From Nostoc sp. DedSLP01 (GTDB lineage Bacteria > Cyanobacteriota > Cyanobacteriia > Cyanobacteriales > Nostocaceae): a DNA stretch of 64,000 bases. The notes under the pieces were generated by a model, which was given only the letters and a program-made list of their open reading frames with translations, ran no database searches and was not told where the DNA came from. Below are positions 51,423 through 61,825 of the stretch, piece after piece (position 1 is the stretch's first letter; every line of letters starts with the position of its first letter). The translations under genes and the position numbers were made by a program. Location: NCBI GenBank assembly GCA_034530875.2, contig JAVRCJ020000003.1:256001-320000 (forward strand), written 5' to 3'.

Positions 51423-53231
51423 GTGGGTAAGATTGCCCATGCTCTAACTGGCAGGATAATTTTGCTTTTACAAGAACGTTATCGTTTAATTAAGCGAATT
51501 GGTCAAGGGGGATTCTGCAAAACCTTCCTCGCTATAGATGAAGGTCAGTTTCCTGAAATTCCTTGTGTGGTTCAAGAATTATCGTCAGAAGTTGAAACAT
51601 TTAAAAGTTTTGAGCAAAAGGCACAAAGACTACAGAAATTAGGAAAGCATCCTCAAATTCCGGCATTATTGAGGTATTTTCAGCAGGGACAGTACTTTTA
51701 TTTAGTTCAGGAATTTATTGCAGGTAGAAATTTAGCTCAGGTGGTTGAAGAGGAAGGGGCTTTTAATGAAACTCAGGTTTGGCAACTTTTAGAGGATTTG
51801 TTACCAGTTTTGCAGTTTATTAGCGATCGCCACATCATCCACCGCGATATTAAGCCCGAAAATATTATCTGTAGAACTCCCCTTAACCCCAAAGGTGAAG
51901 CAAATTTATTCATAGTTGATTTTAGTGCGGTCAAAATTGTTACAGAAACCGATCGCCTCACAGATGAAAACAACATCGGTAGTCCAGAATATACTGCACC
52001 AGAGCAAATTAGAGGCAAAGCAGTTTTTGCTAGCGACCTTTATAGTCTCGGCGTCACTTGCATTTATCTACTTACTCAAATTTCACCCTTTGATTTATTT
52101 GATGTTGCGAGTAATTCCTGGGTTTGGCGAGACTATCTAACTGCTAAAGGCCATATCTGTCAACAAAACACAAAACATTTTAATTTGCCTAAAATACTCA
52201 ATAAATTACTAGAAAATGATGTAAATCAGCGCTTCCAATCAGCTGATGAAGTCATGCAAGCAATGGGTATAGAATCTAAGATTCAGCATCTTAAATTAGC
52301 AAATTATCCGTGGCAATGTTTGCATACTTTAAGCGAATATTCTGCTGTATTAACTAACGTAAATGCCCTTGCATTTTCCCCTGAAGTTAAGATTTTAGCT
52401 AGTACTTATGATGACAAAAATATTAAATTGTGGGATTTAAATTTTAAAAAAGTTTTCGCTATCTTATCCGGACATTCACAAGCCATCAAATCAGTTGCTT
52501 TTAGCCCTGATGGTAAAATTTTGGCAAGTGCTAGCGACGATAAAACTATTAAATTGTGGCAAATTGAGACATTAACAGAAATTTGTACTTTGATGGGACA
52601 CTCCCACGCTGTGAAATCAGTTGCTTTCAGCTCTGATGGCGAGATTCTTGCTAGTGGTAGCTGGGATAAGACAATCAAACTCTGGAATGTAAATACTGGC
52701 GTCGAAATTTGCACTCTCACTGGACATCAACTACAGGTAAATTCAGTCGCTTTTAGTCCCCAAGGACAAATTCTAGCCAGCGCTAGTTATGACAGAACAA
52801 TTCGCTTGTGGCAGATAAATTCCCAAACAGAATTTAAAAACTGCCCATGCTATACCTTGGTAGGTATCCTTTCGGGTCATGCATGGGCAGTTTTGACAGT
52901 CGCTTTTAGCCCTGATGGAAAAATTCTGGCGACGGGTAGCGATGATAACACTATTAAATTATGGGACGCGAACACTGGTCAGCTAATTAGCACACTTGCA
53001 GGCCATTCCTGGTCTGTTGTAGGTGTGGCTTTCACTGCCGATGGCGAAACCCTAATTAGTGCAAGTTGGGACAAGACAGTTAAACTCTGGAGAGTCAGTA
53101 CAGCTCAAGAGATTTTGACTCTTTGCGGCCATACAGACTCAGTATCTGCCATTGCCGTAAGCCAAGTTACACAACTGATTGCAAGTGGCAGCAAGGACAA
53201 GACTATTAAACTCTGGCAGCTTGTAGAATAG
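51423..53231 (+). CDS. Ser/Thr kinase-like domain plus about seven WD40 repeats
   Basis: HRDIKPEN, APEQ, SDLYSLG; GH..VAFSPDG..LASAS.DKTIKLW repeats; start may be TTG at 51462. Confidence 0.9.
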   Translation: MGKIAHALTGRIILLLQERYRLIKRIGQGGFCKTFLAIDEGQFPEIPCVVQELSSEVETFKSFEQKAQRLQKLGKHPQIPALLRYFQQGQYFYLVQEFIAGRNLAQVVEEEGAFNETQVWQLLEDLLPVLQFISDRHIIHRDIKPENIICRTPLNPKGEANLFIVDFSAVKIVTETDRLTDENNIGSPEYTAPEQIRGKAVFASDLYSLGVTCIYLLTQISPFDLFDVASNSWVWRDYLTAKGHICQQNTKHFNLPKILNKLLENDVNQRFQSADEVMQAMGIESKIQHLKLANYPWQCLHTLSEYSAVLTNVNALAFSPEVKILASTYDDKNIKLWDLNFKKVFAILSGHSQAIKSVAFSPDGKILASASDDKTIKLWQIETLTEICTLMGHSHAVKSVAFSSDGEILASGSWDKTIKLWNVNTGVEICTLTGHQLQVNSVAFSPQGQILASASYDRTIRLWQINSQTEFKNCPCYTLVGILSGHAWAVLTVAFSPDGKILATGSDDNTIKLWDANTGQLISTLAGHSWSVVGVAFTADGETLISASWDKTVKLWRVSTAQEILTLCGHTDSVSAIAVSQVTQLIASGSKDKTIKLWQLVE

Positions 53232-53253
53232 CACGAGAGTTAATTTTGTAATA

Positions 53254-53553
53254 TCAAGCGCTACCCGTAAAGGCAACTTCCGGAAATTTTAACTGAGCTT
53301 CTGCCATTGGGCGGTTTCTGCCTTCTTCCTGCCAGTAGTTAATCACTTCAGTTGCTTTATTAAGCAACTCGACGCGATCGAGGTCAGTAATCCAGTGTTT
53401 GGATTCGAGTTCCTTCTTTAACTCTTCCCAGGCGTCATTTCTCGGCCAGAAAAAGTACTTGGTCAAAGGACTTGTGCCTTTGCCGACGACTTGATCGACT
53501 GCTAGAGCAACGTTTTCGTCTAACCACAGAATTTTCAAAATAAACTTGGTCAA
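53254..53553 (-). CDS. ycf65: PSRP-3/Ycf65 ribosome-associated protein
   Basis: [27 protein letters not shown]. Confidence 0.93.
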   Translation of the reverse strand: MTKFILKILWLDENVALAVDQVVGKGTSPLTKYFFWPRNDAWEELKKELESKHWITDLDRVELLNKATEVINYWQEEGRNRPMAEAQLKFPEVAFTGSA

Positions 53554-53766
53554 TCACACCTCCGGGAATTTCCGGGCATTACTTAACTAGGATAGCGATC
53601 GCTTATTTTAACGCAATACTCTATCAATGAACAAATGATAAATGGGCATACGCTAAACAGGGCATTGGAAAATGAGAGTGATAAAAAATGTCGATGACCA
53701 GAATTTATTACCCAATTTAATGATTGAAAATGGGTTAACATCAGGTGCAGTCAGCGCTAACTACAG

Positions 53767-54243
53767 ATGCTTATGAGTGCTCAACTACCTCAATCTTCAA
53801 TAACATCTGGTTCAGATTTGTATGAGCAAGACTTTTACTTGTGGATTCAAACGACAGCAGAACTACTCAAGCAAAAGAATTTTACACAACTGGACTTAGA
53901 GAATTTAATTGAAGAAATTGAAACAATGGGTAGGAGTGAAAAGAAAGCACTCAGAAGCAATTTGGAAGTGGTACTAATGCATCTATTAAAGTATCAGTAT
54001 CAACCAGAAAAGCGGCCTGGGAGTTGGCAAGCAACGATTCGAGAGCATCGCAAACGCCTCAGAGAAGCTCTAGAAGAAAGTCCTAGCCTGAAACCTTATT
54101 TTGATGAGGTTCTTGGGCAGTGTTATGACCATGCTAGACTATTGGCTGCCGATGAAACTGAATTAGTTGTAGCTACGTTCCCTGAACAATCTCCCTTCAC
54201 CTCAGAGCAAGTCCTTGAACCCAATTTTTTACCTGAGTCGTAA
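53767..54243 (+). CDS. DUF29 family protein
   Basis: LYEQDFYLW, LDLENLIEEIE.MGRSE, HLLKYQYQ, SPSLK. Confidence 0.92.
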   Translation: MLMSAQLPQSSITSGSDLYEQDFYLWIQTTAELLKQKNFTQLDLENLIEEIETMGRSEKKALRSNLEVVLMHLLKYQYQPEKRPGSWQATIREHRKRLREALEESPSLKPYFDEVLGQCYDHARLLAADETELVVATFPEQSPFTSEQVLEPNFLPES

Positions 54244-54287
54244 TCACAAGCTCTATGATGATGTAAAACTGTTTTGCTTCCTACTCC

Positions 54288-55094
54288 ATGACTCAAGAAA
54301 CTTCTATAAAAGCAGCCGTTGTTTTTGATATTGATGGTGTTGTGCGTGATGTCAGTGGTTCCTATCGCCGAGCGATCGCCGATACTGTAGAATACTTCAC
54401 AAATTCTGCATATCGTCCCACACCCATAGATATCGACCAACTCAAATCTGAAGGTGTATGGAATAACGATTGGGAAGCATCCCAGGAATTAATTTATCGC
54501 TACTTTACGGCTGGTGGACAGACCCGCGACCAATTGCAACTAGATTACAATGCGATCGTTGCTTTTTTCCAATCGCGTTACCGAGGTCCAGACCCCAATA
54601 ATTTGACGGGGTATATCTGTGATGAACCTTTATTATTACAACCTACTTATTTAGAGCAACTTACCCAAGCTGGGATTGCTTGGGGATTTTTCAGCGGTGC
54701 AACGCGTGTTTCGGCTAACTATATTTTAGAAAAACGCCTGGGTTTGCAATCTCCGGTATTAATTGCGATGGAAGATGCACCGGGTAAACCCGACCCTACT
54801 GGACTTTTTGCTACAGTTGCTCAACTAGAAAATGGAACTGAGCAAAAATCAGCGATCGTGTATGTGGGGGATACGGTAGCAGATATGTATACTATTGAGA
54901 AAGCAAGGAATTTAGATTCTACTCGCACTTGGATTGGTGTCGGGGTTCTACCGCCCCACGTGCAAGAAACAGCAGCGCGGGGTGATGCATATAGTGAAAC
55001 ACTGCTAAGAGCTGGAGCTGCTATAGTTTTGCCTAATGTGGAAGAATTGACCCCAAATCAGATTCACAAATTAACGAGCAGAATCTGTGGTTAA
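54288..55094 (+). CDS. HAD-superfamily hydrolase (TIGR01548-like)
   Basis: FDIDGV, SYRRAI, KPDP, YVGDTVAD. Confidence 0.9.
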   Translation: MTQETSIKAAVVFDIDGVVRDVSGSYRRAIADTVEYFTNSAYRPTPIDIDQLKSEGVWNNDWEASQELIYRYFTAGGQTRDQLQLDYNAIVAFFQSRYRGPDPNNLTGYICDEPLLLQPTYLEQLTQAGIAWGFFSGATRVSANYILEKRLGLQSPVLIAMEDAPGKPDPTGLFATVAQLENGTEQKSAIVYVGDTVADMYTIEKARNLDSTRTWIGVGVLPPHVQETAARGDAYSETLLRAGAAIVLPNVEELTPNQIHKLTSRICG

Positions 55095-55188
55095 AAATAA
55101 GTTAATTTAGATATAGATATTATTTCTCAATTAACCTCAAAAAGCATTGACACTTAAGCTGCAAAGCGGCAGTAATTATTAATCCCCC

Positions 55189-56016
55189 ATGAACATTTTC
55201 AGTAACTTACTTCCTCAACCAACTCAGCCTGCACCTGCAAAAAAACAACGTCGAGGAATTGAAATTAAATCCCCGCGTGAAATTGAAATCATGCGGCAAT
55301 CAGCGACAATTGTAGCAACTGTGCTAAAAGAAATTTCTGAATTAGTAAAGCCAGGAATGACGACAGCTGATTTGGATGCTTATGCGGAAAAACGCATCCG
55401 TGAAATGGGTGCCACACCAAGTTTTAAAGGATATCATGGGTTTCCAGGTTCTATTTGCTCCAGTATTAATAATGAAGTAGTACATGGTATTCCTAGCCCC
55501 AAGAAAGTAATCCGTCCTGGGGATGTATTAAAAGTCGATACAGGCGCTTATTACCAAGGGTTTCATGGTGATTCTTGCATTACAATTGCCGTTGGAGAAG
55601 TGACCCCACTAGCTGCTAAACTAATTCGCGTTGCAGAAGAAGCTTTATATAAAGGTATCGAACAAGTTAAAGCTGGTGCTTACTTGCTCGATTTAGCCGG
55701 GCCGATTGAAGACCATGTGAAAGCTAACGGCTTTAGTATTGTTGAAGAGTTTACCGGACATGGTGTCGGTCGCAACTTGCATGAAGAACCTTCAGTATTC
55801 AACTTCCGTACCCGCGAACTGCCAAATGTTAAACTTCGTGCGGGGATGACGTTGGCAATTGAACCAATTGTAAATGCGGGTTCTAGACATACGCGGACAT
55901 TATCTGACCGTTGGACAGCTGTGACTGTGGATAATGCTTTGTCGGCGCAGTTTGAACATACGGTATTAGTGACGGAAACTGGTTATGAGATTTTAACTGA
56001 CCGTTCTAAGGTTTAA
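55189..56016 (+). CDS. map: Type I methionine aminopeptidase
   Basis: [36 protein letters not shown]. Confidence 0.97.
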   Translation: MNIFSNLLPQPTQPAPAKKQRRGIEIKSPREIEIMRQSATIVATVLKEISELVKPGMTTADLDAYAEKRIREMGATPSFKGYHGFPGSICSSINNEVVHGIPSPKKVIRPGDVLKVDTGAYYQGFHGDSCITIAVGEVTPLAAKLIRVAEEALYKGIEQVKAGAYLLDLAGPIEDHVKANGFSIVEEFTGHGVGRNLHEEPSVFNFRTRELPNVKLRAGMTLAIEPIVNAGSRHTRTLSDRWTAVTVDNALSAQFEHTVLVTETGYEILTDRSKV

Positions 56017-56347
56017 TTGCTAGTTAAACTTAGATGGTGTTGAGAGAGGCGAAGCATTAAAATAAGGCGATTTGCCTCTTCATTTTTTTATCCTTGAGTA
56101 TATTGATTTTTGAAATCAATTTTAGATTTTTAACAAAAATCGACCTACAACAAAGAGAATCAAGAATCAATAGCAGATTGGCTTAAAGAAAATTGTATTA
56201 AGATAAGCCATTAATTTGTCACAAAATTTATTTGATGTGCTGTTTGTAGCGATCGCTAATTTTTGACTTTCATTTTATTGCTTCAGTATCTTGACATGGA
56301 TAAAGTCAAGCTCAGATTTTCTGCAAAATCTAAACTCTCAAATGCGG

Positions 56348-56605
56348 TTATGAGCCAAATTTCCCTTTAATTAAACGGTGAAACAAGCGGCAAGGCCAGA
56401 AGAAAGCTCCACAAATACTCACTGAAGCTATAACAGCGACAATTCGCCAATTCAAATTAGGCGAATTGTCAGGCTGTAAGGACTGAGCTTGTGTGCTTTT
56501 AATCAGTTCTGGCGCAGAATCAGAGAGCTGGCTGGCTGTACTCACCCCTTCAATCGCTGCTCCAATTAGATAAGCTACCAGGGCAATTATTAGCCAGTAG
56601 TTCAT
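56348..56605 (-). CDS. Small hypothetical membrane protein
   Basis: 85 aa with two hydrophobic segments. Confidence 0.6.
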   Translation of the reverse strand: MNYWLIIALVAYLIGAAIEGVSTASQLSDSAPELIKSTQAQSLQPDNSPNLNWRIVAVIASVSICGAFFWPCRLFHRLIKGKFGS

Positions 56606-56668
56606 TCTGTTACACTATTTGAACTGTAAACGTATGCTTGGCAGCGAACAATCATTTGGTTTGTTGTC

Positions 56669-56908
56669 CTAATGATTGCCACCTTGTCCTAACGATAATC
56701 GACCCTCAGCCGTATCGCGAATTAGAGGCAGTTTAGATTTTATATAACTATTGAGGCTACTATCTACCTGAGCATCAATTCCCTGCTTCGCTTTTAATTG
56801 CTGAAGGAGCAATTGTACTAAAGCGGCATCGTCAAAGTTGAGTAGGGTGTTGACCTGGGTAGATTCGATTACAGCCCAGAGCTGTTGCATCATTTTGGGA
56901 GCGATCAT
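56669..56908 (-). CDS. Small hypothetical protein
   Basis: 79 aa; QLW..IE..Q and KLPLIRD pattern resembles small conserved cyanobacterial proteins. Confidence 0.7.
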   Translation of the reverse strand: MIAPKMMQQLWAVIESTQVNTLLNFDDAALVQLLLQQLKAKQGIDAQVDSSLNSYIKSKLPLIRDTAEGRLSLGQGGNH

Positions 56909-57253
56909 GAGCGTGTAACTTTTTTAATATTTTCTTTATATTTGCACGAATTCCTCATTTGCGACTGCTTTTTATTTGAATATTTGTAAAGATACAGCTT
57001 AAAAGTGCCTCATTCAGTGAATACGCTTGGATTAAGGCTGAAATCCTTGGGTAGTCTGGAGTAGGAAGCACAGAGATAACAACAGAGGAAACAAATCGCA
57101 ACGAGTCTTTGCTGGCAAGTTTTGATGCCTAGCTTAAAAAATAGCTTTGGACGGAGGGGCGGAACTGCGCAGGGGAGCAGAGGAGAGCACTTCCTCTGTG
57201 TTCCCTCTGCTCCCTCTACTTCCATCCTTTTTTCTAAGGTCAATAGCCAAATT

Positions 57254-57829
57254 TTATTGCGATTTCCTCACACAAGAGGGTTGCTCGCCAGAAGGAGGAT
57301 CAGGGTAAATTGCTAGAGTGTGATAGTCTGGAGCCTCGTTACCATATATCACTCGAAAAGTATAGAGTTTGTTCGTACCTTGAGCTTCGGTAACAACTGT
57401 TAAAAGTGTATTCTCAGTTTTAGGAAGGCCGGGAATCTTCAGTTTGGGGATTCGCCTGAGTTGAATTACATTTGCTGCTGAGTTTTTACAATCTCCAGTA
57501 CTAGTGTTCGGTTCGCTACCAAACTGCATACATACCGGGCCATCAAAATCTATAGTGACTTGCGATGGATCGTTTAACCAAACTTTTTTAATTACTTCTC
57601 CCGCAGGAATAAAACTTAAGTTTGTTCCTTGCTGATAGGAAATATCGATGGTGGGTATTACTCCACTTAAACCCTGTGCTTGACAAGAAAATAAGGAACG
57701 CAGAACAGCATTATTAGCTACAGCACGACCTACCAATAACAACATAGTAACCGAAAAAATTAAGGAAGCTATAGGTAGGAAATAAGAGTTATTTAGAGCA
57801 TTTCCTGGTAACTTAATACTATTTTTCAT
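57254..57829 (-). CDS. Exported protein, VirB9-like by position and motif
   Basis: Signal peptide; GTNLSFIP.GE.IKKVWLNDPS and LLTVVT..LYTFRV; downstream of the VirB10-like gene. Confidence 0.55.
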   Translation of the reverse strand: MKNSIKLPGNALNNSYFLPIASLIFSVTMLLLVGRAVANNAVLRSLFSCQAQGLSGVIPTIDISYQQGTNLSFIPAGEVIKKVWLNDPSQVTIDFDGPVCMQFGSEPNTSTGDCKNSAANVIQLRRIPKLKIPGLPKTENTLLTVVTEAQGTNKLYTFRVIYGNEAPDYHTLAIYPDPPSGEQPSCVRKSQ

Positions 57830-57960
57830 GGTTAAGAATGGGGATATTGGTAGATAGAACAGAGGGAGAAAAGGCTTAGAGACTCAAGGTAATAAAATAT
57901 CCCAATATCTATTGTCGGATAGGTGTCTCAACCCTCCTCTTAACTGGGCGGACTAAAAGC

Positions 57961-58152
57961 CATTGGTGTCAACTTAAGTTCAAACACTCAATTTACCGTG
58001 GTTTTAGATCCCTCAACCCCCTTAAAAAAGGGCAAAAGATTCTAGTTCCCCCTTTTTCAAGGGGGTTAGGGGGGATCGAAAATCTAGGTAGTACATCAAA
58101 AAATTTTGAAATGCTTATCAGACTTCGCTTTCATGTGAAGTTGACACTAATG
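57961..58152. mobile_element. 192-bp MITE with 15-bp TIRs and 9-bp target-site duplication
   Basis: CATTGGTGTCAACTT / AAGTTGACACTAATG (14/15); flanks ACTAAAAGC / ACTAATAGC. Confidence 0.85.
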
Positions 58153-58343
58153 ACTAATAGCCCACCCCACAAGTAATAGTAATTTATTTGTTGGGGTTCC
58201 GTTATTCCAAAGATATTGAAAATATACGGTAAAAAAACTATTTACAAAAAACTAATACTTAATCAAAGCCTGCAAATTCCTGTACGTAAAAAGTCAGGAT
58301 TGAGCCTCAGCTGAAAGTTGCAAATTGAGATAAACTCTATCTT

Positions 58344-59939
58344 CTAAAATTGCATTACTTGGTTGACATATATTTCAATATTTGTGCCTGCTGGGACGAA
58401 CCAAATATTAGTTTGTTGTGACATTTGGGCGATCGCCTGTTGGTTGCGTTGGGCAATTTGCGGTACTACAGAGTTCATACCACCTTCAACAATGCCTGCT
58501 GCAATATTTTCCCCACTGTTAGTGTTACTAACAACTGTGCTGCCACCATTGATTGTGACAACTTGACCGTCAGTGCGATTCATTAACTCTGCTGCTTTCC
58601 CAATACCTCCCAATACAAATAGTCCTAGATCCATTGATGCTATGGATGAGCTTTGATTGGGGAATTTATTGGCTATTAATGGTCTACCTTTAGCACCGCG
58701 AATAATAATTGCATTATCGGGTAAGTTTTGTTCTATCAGGTTGCCATCAACTTTAGAGATAAATTTGACTACCTTCATCTGCAAAAGACCTTGTTCTGAA
58801 AGAGAACTAATTTCAGTGAGAAATTCGGTATTTGCAGGTAGAGCTACCTCACCATTGGTAGATTTTAGTGGTTCTTTCAATCGCACCACAAATGTATTTT
58901 TATTTGCTGTTCCTTCCTCATTGCCTCCTCTAGTAGTTTCGCCAAATATTGCTGTTGCGAATACGGCTTTGGCACTAGTGCCGATCGCCACAGATTTTTC
59001 TCCCTGTGGTTGCCCTTGGGCGACTACAGCATTTCCTTGTTCTGGGGTTACCTGGGAATTGGGGTTTTCATTGGGATTGGGGTTTGGCGTCTGTTGAGGC
59101 GACTGCACTTCGTTTTGAGGTTGGGAAGCTGCTGCAACATTATTAGGTTGCTCGATCGCATTTACTTGGCCGTAGCTACCTAACTTTGCCAGTTTTGTCC
59201 ACTCATCAAATGGGTTTGGTGGGGGTGGCGGAGTGATGCTGACTACGGGTTGAGTGGTTGATTGGAGAACAGGTAGTTGGGGTCTTGGTGAAGCTTGAGG
59301 AGCAGGTACTCTGACAATGCGCTCAACTGTAACTGGTCGAGGGACGTAAACTGTTGGTGCTGGTGTTGGTATCACTTGCTGTCTCCTTATTCCAGAAGAT
59401 GATGGTTCTAGCTGTGAGACTGCTGTAGGCGTCGATCTTGCCATTCTCAGCTGTTCTTGGGCGGCCTTTACTGTCTGCGTTTGTTGCGTCAGGGCTAATT
59501 TCGTTTTCAGAATTTCGATTTCGCCTTTTAGCTGCTCGGGAGTCGATTGATTTGTTGGCTGCGGCTGCACTTGTTGGGTAACAATATTTCTGGGCTTTTG
59601 ATTGCTGCTACTCATCAATTGCGACAAAAATACACCAGCTACCAAAACTACTGCCAAAGTAGCAGCACCTACTAGACTTAATTTGGCAAAGGGGTTCGAT
59701 GAGAGGGGTTGCTCTGTCTTAACTTCCTCTGGTTCCAGAGATGGTTGTGAGATTTCAGAGTCTTCTGATATTTGCCGCAGGCTTTGCCCGCCGTGGGCAT
59801 CGCTAGAAAATTCTTCTTCAAAGCCAACCAACCGTGCTATCCGCGATTCCCAATCTAGAGATTCTACTGGGCGATGGTCGGTGTCTAGATTTAATAAATT
59901 TGGTGGATGGGTTTCTGTCGAAACTGAATATTTAGTCAT
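58344..59939 (-). CDS. TrbI/VirB10-like type IV secretion protein
   Basis: Single TM segment, coiled coil, Pro/Gln-rich linker, beta-rich C-domain ending WFVPAGTNIEIYVN. Confidence 0.78.
   Translation of the reverse strand: MTKYSVSTETHPPNLLNLDTDHRPVESLDWESRIARLVGFEEEFSSDAHGGQSLRQISEDSEISQPSLEPEEVKTEQPLSSNPFAKLSLVGAATLAVVLVAGVFLSQLMSSSNQKPRNIVTQQVQPQPTNQSTPEQLKGEIEILKTKLALTQQTQTVKAAQEQLRMARSTPTAVSQLEPSSSGIRRQQVIPTPAPTVYVPRPVTVERIVRVPAPQASPRPQLPVLQSTTQPVVSITPPPPPNPFDEWTKLAKLGSYGQVNAIEQPNNVAAASQPQNEVQSPQQTPNPNPNENPNSQVTPEQGNAVVAQGQPQGEKSVAIGTSAKAVFATAIFGETTRGGNEEGTANKNTFVVRLKEPLKSTNGEVALPANTEFLTEISSLSEQGLLQMKVVKFISKVDGNLIEQNLPDNAIIIRGAKGRPLIANKFPNQSSSIASMDLGLFVLGGIGKAAELMNRTDGQVVTINGGSTVVSNTNSGENIAAGIVEGGMNSVVPQIAQRNQQAIAQMSQQTNIWFVPAGTNIEIYVNQVMQF
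59778..59798 (-). mobile_element. 21-nt SDR-like insert in a HIP1-like site within the VirB10-like gene
   Basis: Minus strand GCGAT-[GCCCACGGCGGGCAAAGCCTG]-CGG; preserves the frame. Confidence 0.7.
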
Positions 59940-60640
59940 GGTAAAGCTTTATTTAGATTTCCAGAACAATTGTTATCTTGGATTTCACAGACATTATAAA
60001 TTTCTAGTCTGGCTTCACCAAGACGGTAAACAGCAAATTGCGAGGGAAGCGGTGCATTTGGGAGTGAAGTTGCTGGTTCATTTATTGCTCTAACTAAAAT
60101 TTGTTTATTAAATGCAATGGATTTTCCCAATTTATCATAACTACTAAAAGTTAATTGATTGGCAAGCATCTCTACTTTCCATCTGCCTTCGCCTATTTTT
60201 GTTGGTTGAGAAATTTTTTGAATTACTAATACATTTTCGGCTCCTCTATTCACATTTTCAAATTGGCGATCGGGATTTAAGTCAGTCAGTTGTGACTTGA
60301 GTTTTTCTTGAAATTCATCAGCTACTAATTGAGAGCTAATTTCCCAAACTGTTTTTGGCGGCTGTTGTGGTGACCAGTTCAGCATTAAACTCATAGTTTC
60401 ACCAACAAAGCGCCGAATAGTTTCTGGTTGTCGCTCTAAATTTGGTTGGGGGTCTACTGTAATCGCACGACCATCAATAAGTTGTACTAAACTTTGAGGC
60501 GTGAGTTGACGACCTAACTGTTGTAACATAGACCAGTGAAATATTAGTAACAGTAAGGTTAATACATTTAAACCAAACGTTGCTACTGCCAACAATGGTA
60601 AAGCGTTACTTTTTTTATTTTCTGATTTAAATATTTGCAT
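59936..60640 (-). CDS. Bitopic membrane protein, VirB8-like by topology; paralog of the upstream gene
   Basis: N-terminal TM; LVQLIDG, PETIRRFV, FNKQILVRA, RLEIY; ATGA overlap with the VirB10-like gene. Confidence 0.6.
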   Translation of the reverse strand: MQIFKSENKKSNALPLLAVATFGLNVLTLLLLIFHWSMLQQLGRQLTPQSLVQLIDGRAITVDPQPNLERQPETIRRFVGETMSLMLNWSPQQPPKTVWEISSQLVADEFQEKLKSQLTDLNPDRQFENVNRGAENVLVIQKISQPTKIGEGRWKVEMLANQLTFSSYDKLGKSIAFNKQILVRAINEPATSLPNAPLPSQFAVYRLGEARLEIYNVCEIQDNNCSGNLNKALP

Positions 60641-60867
60641 GAAGAATTTATTTTATATTTAATTGCACTATCTTGTCAGGAGTCAGAAGCCAGGATAAGA
60701 TTTGAGAAATGAATGTACATTATAGGTTTAAGAAACTTAATGTACGTCATTGAGGTCTAATAGCTAGGCAGGGTCTCTATTCTGATTCTTACTTTCAAGT
60801 ACTAAATTCTTAATTCTTCTGTATTCATCATAACTAAAATTTTTATCAATTCTCACTTCTTAAGTTT

Positions 60868-61692
60868 TTACCTAATAAAGTTATCAGTTCTTTGCTGAGT
60901 TTTGCATTCTCTTAATTGAGTTTCATTGAGATTATTGTAGTTATCTAACAAACATAATTCTCGGATTTCATAAATCTCGAGTCTATCAGACCGGACAATA
61001 TAAATAGCTTTTTGTAGGTCAGTGCCAGTCTCGATTTGGGAATTAGCGAAATAATCTGTTGCCCGTACAAGAAAGTCTTTGTTAAAAGGAGTTACGACTT
61101 GTCTGTTATCACCTCGATTCTTTTGAATTAAGTCGGCTACCATACCCACTCGCCACTGACCCGCTGCAATTTCTTTTGGGGGATAAATTCGTTTAATTAC
61201 TAAGCGTGATGTCATCCCTTGGTTGGGATTTTCACTAAAAACTTCTGGTGGCGTGAGTTCAGCAATTGTGCTTAAGAAACCTTTGCGAAAGTCTTCTGAT
61301 AAAGCAAAACTAGCTATCCAGCTAGTGGTACTAATTTTCTGGCTACCGCCTTGGGGTGTTTTAATGGGTATTCCCAAATCTGGTTTGGGGTTTGCGGCTT
61401 CTTCAATCCTTTGTGGGGGTAGGGTTCCCGACCAGTTAAACATTGCGGTCATCGTTTTGCTGATGAATTGGCGAATTGCTTCTGGTTCTCTTTTTAAATC
61501 ATCAATTTCCCCTACTGGTTTCCCATCTATTAATTGCACAAAGTTAGGAGGTTTTCTCAGACTCAATTGGCGAATGGTTAAGCCTTGAAATAAAAATAAA
61601 AGTAACACTAATATGTGCAAACCAAAAGTAGCGATCGCAAAAAGTGTTAAAACACTTGCCGTTCTTTGTTTTTTCTCTAACAAACGTACCAT
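60868..61692 (-). CDS. Bitopic membrane protein, VirB8-like by topology
   Basis: N-terminal TM; FVQLIDG, PEAIRQFI, FNKDFLVRA, RLEIY; GGAGGTG RBS. Confidence 0.6.
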   Translation of the reverse strand: MVRLLEKKQRTASVLTLFAIATFGLHILVLLLFLFQGLTIRQLSLRKPPNFVQLIDGKPVGEIDDLKREPEAIRQFISKTMTAMFNWSGTLPPQRIEEAANPKPDLGIPIKTPQGGSQKISTTSWIASFALSEDFRKGFLSTIAELTPPEVFSENPNQGMTSRLVIKRIYPPKEIAAGQWRVGMVADLIQKNRGDNRQVVTPFNKDFLVRATDYFANSQIETGTDLQKAIYIVRSDRLEIYEIRELCLLDNYNNLNETQLRECKTQQRTDNFIR

Positions 61693-61825
61693 TTAATCAC
61701 CTCCTGCACTCAAAAACTTCCTTTGTTATCGTAGGCAATAAATTTTGATTTTTATCTCATGATTCTTTCATAATTCTGAATTCTGGGTTCTTAATTCTGG
61801 ATTCTGAGTTCTGAATTATTTTTAC

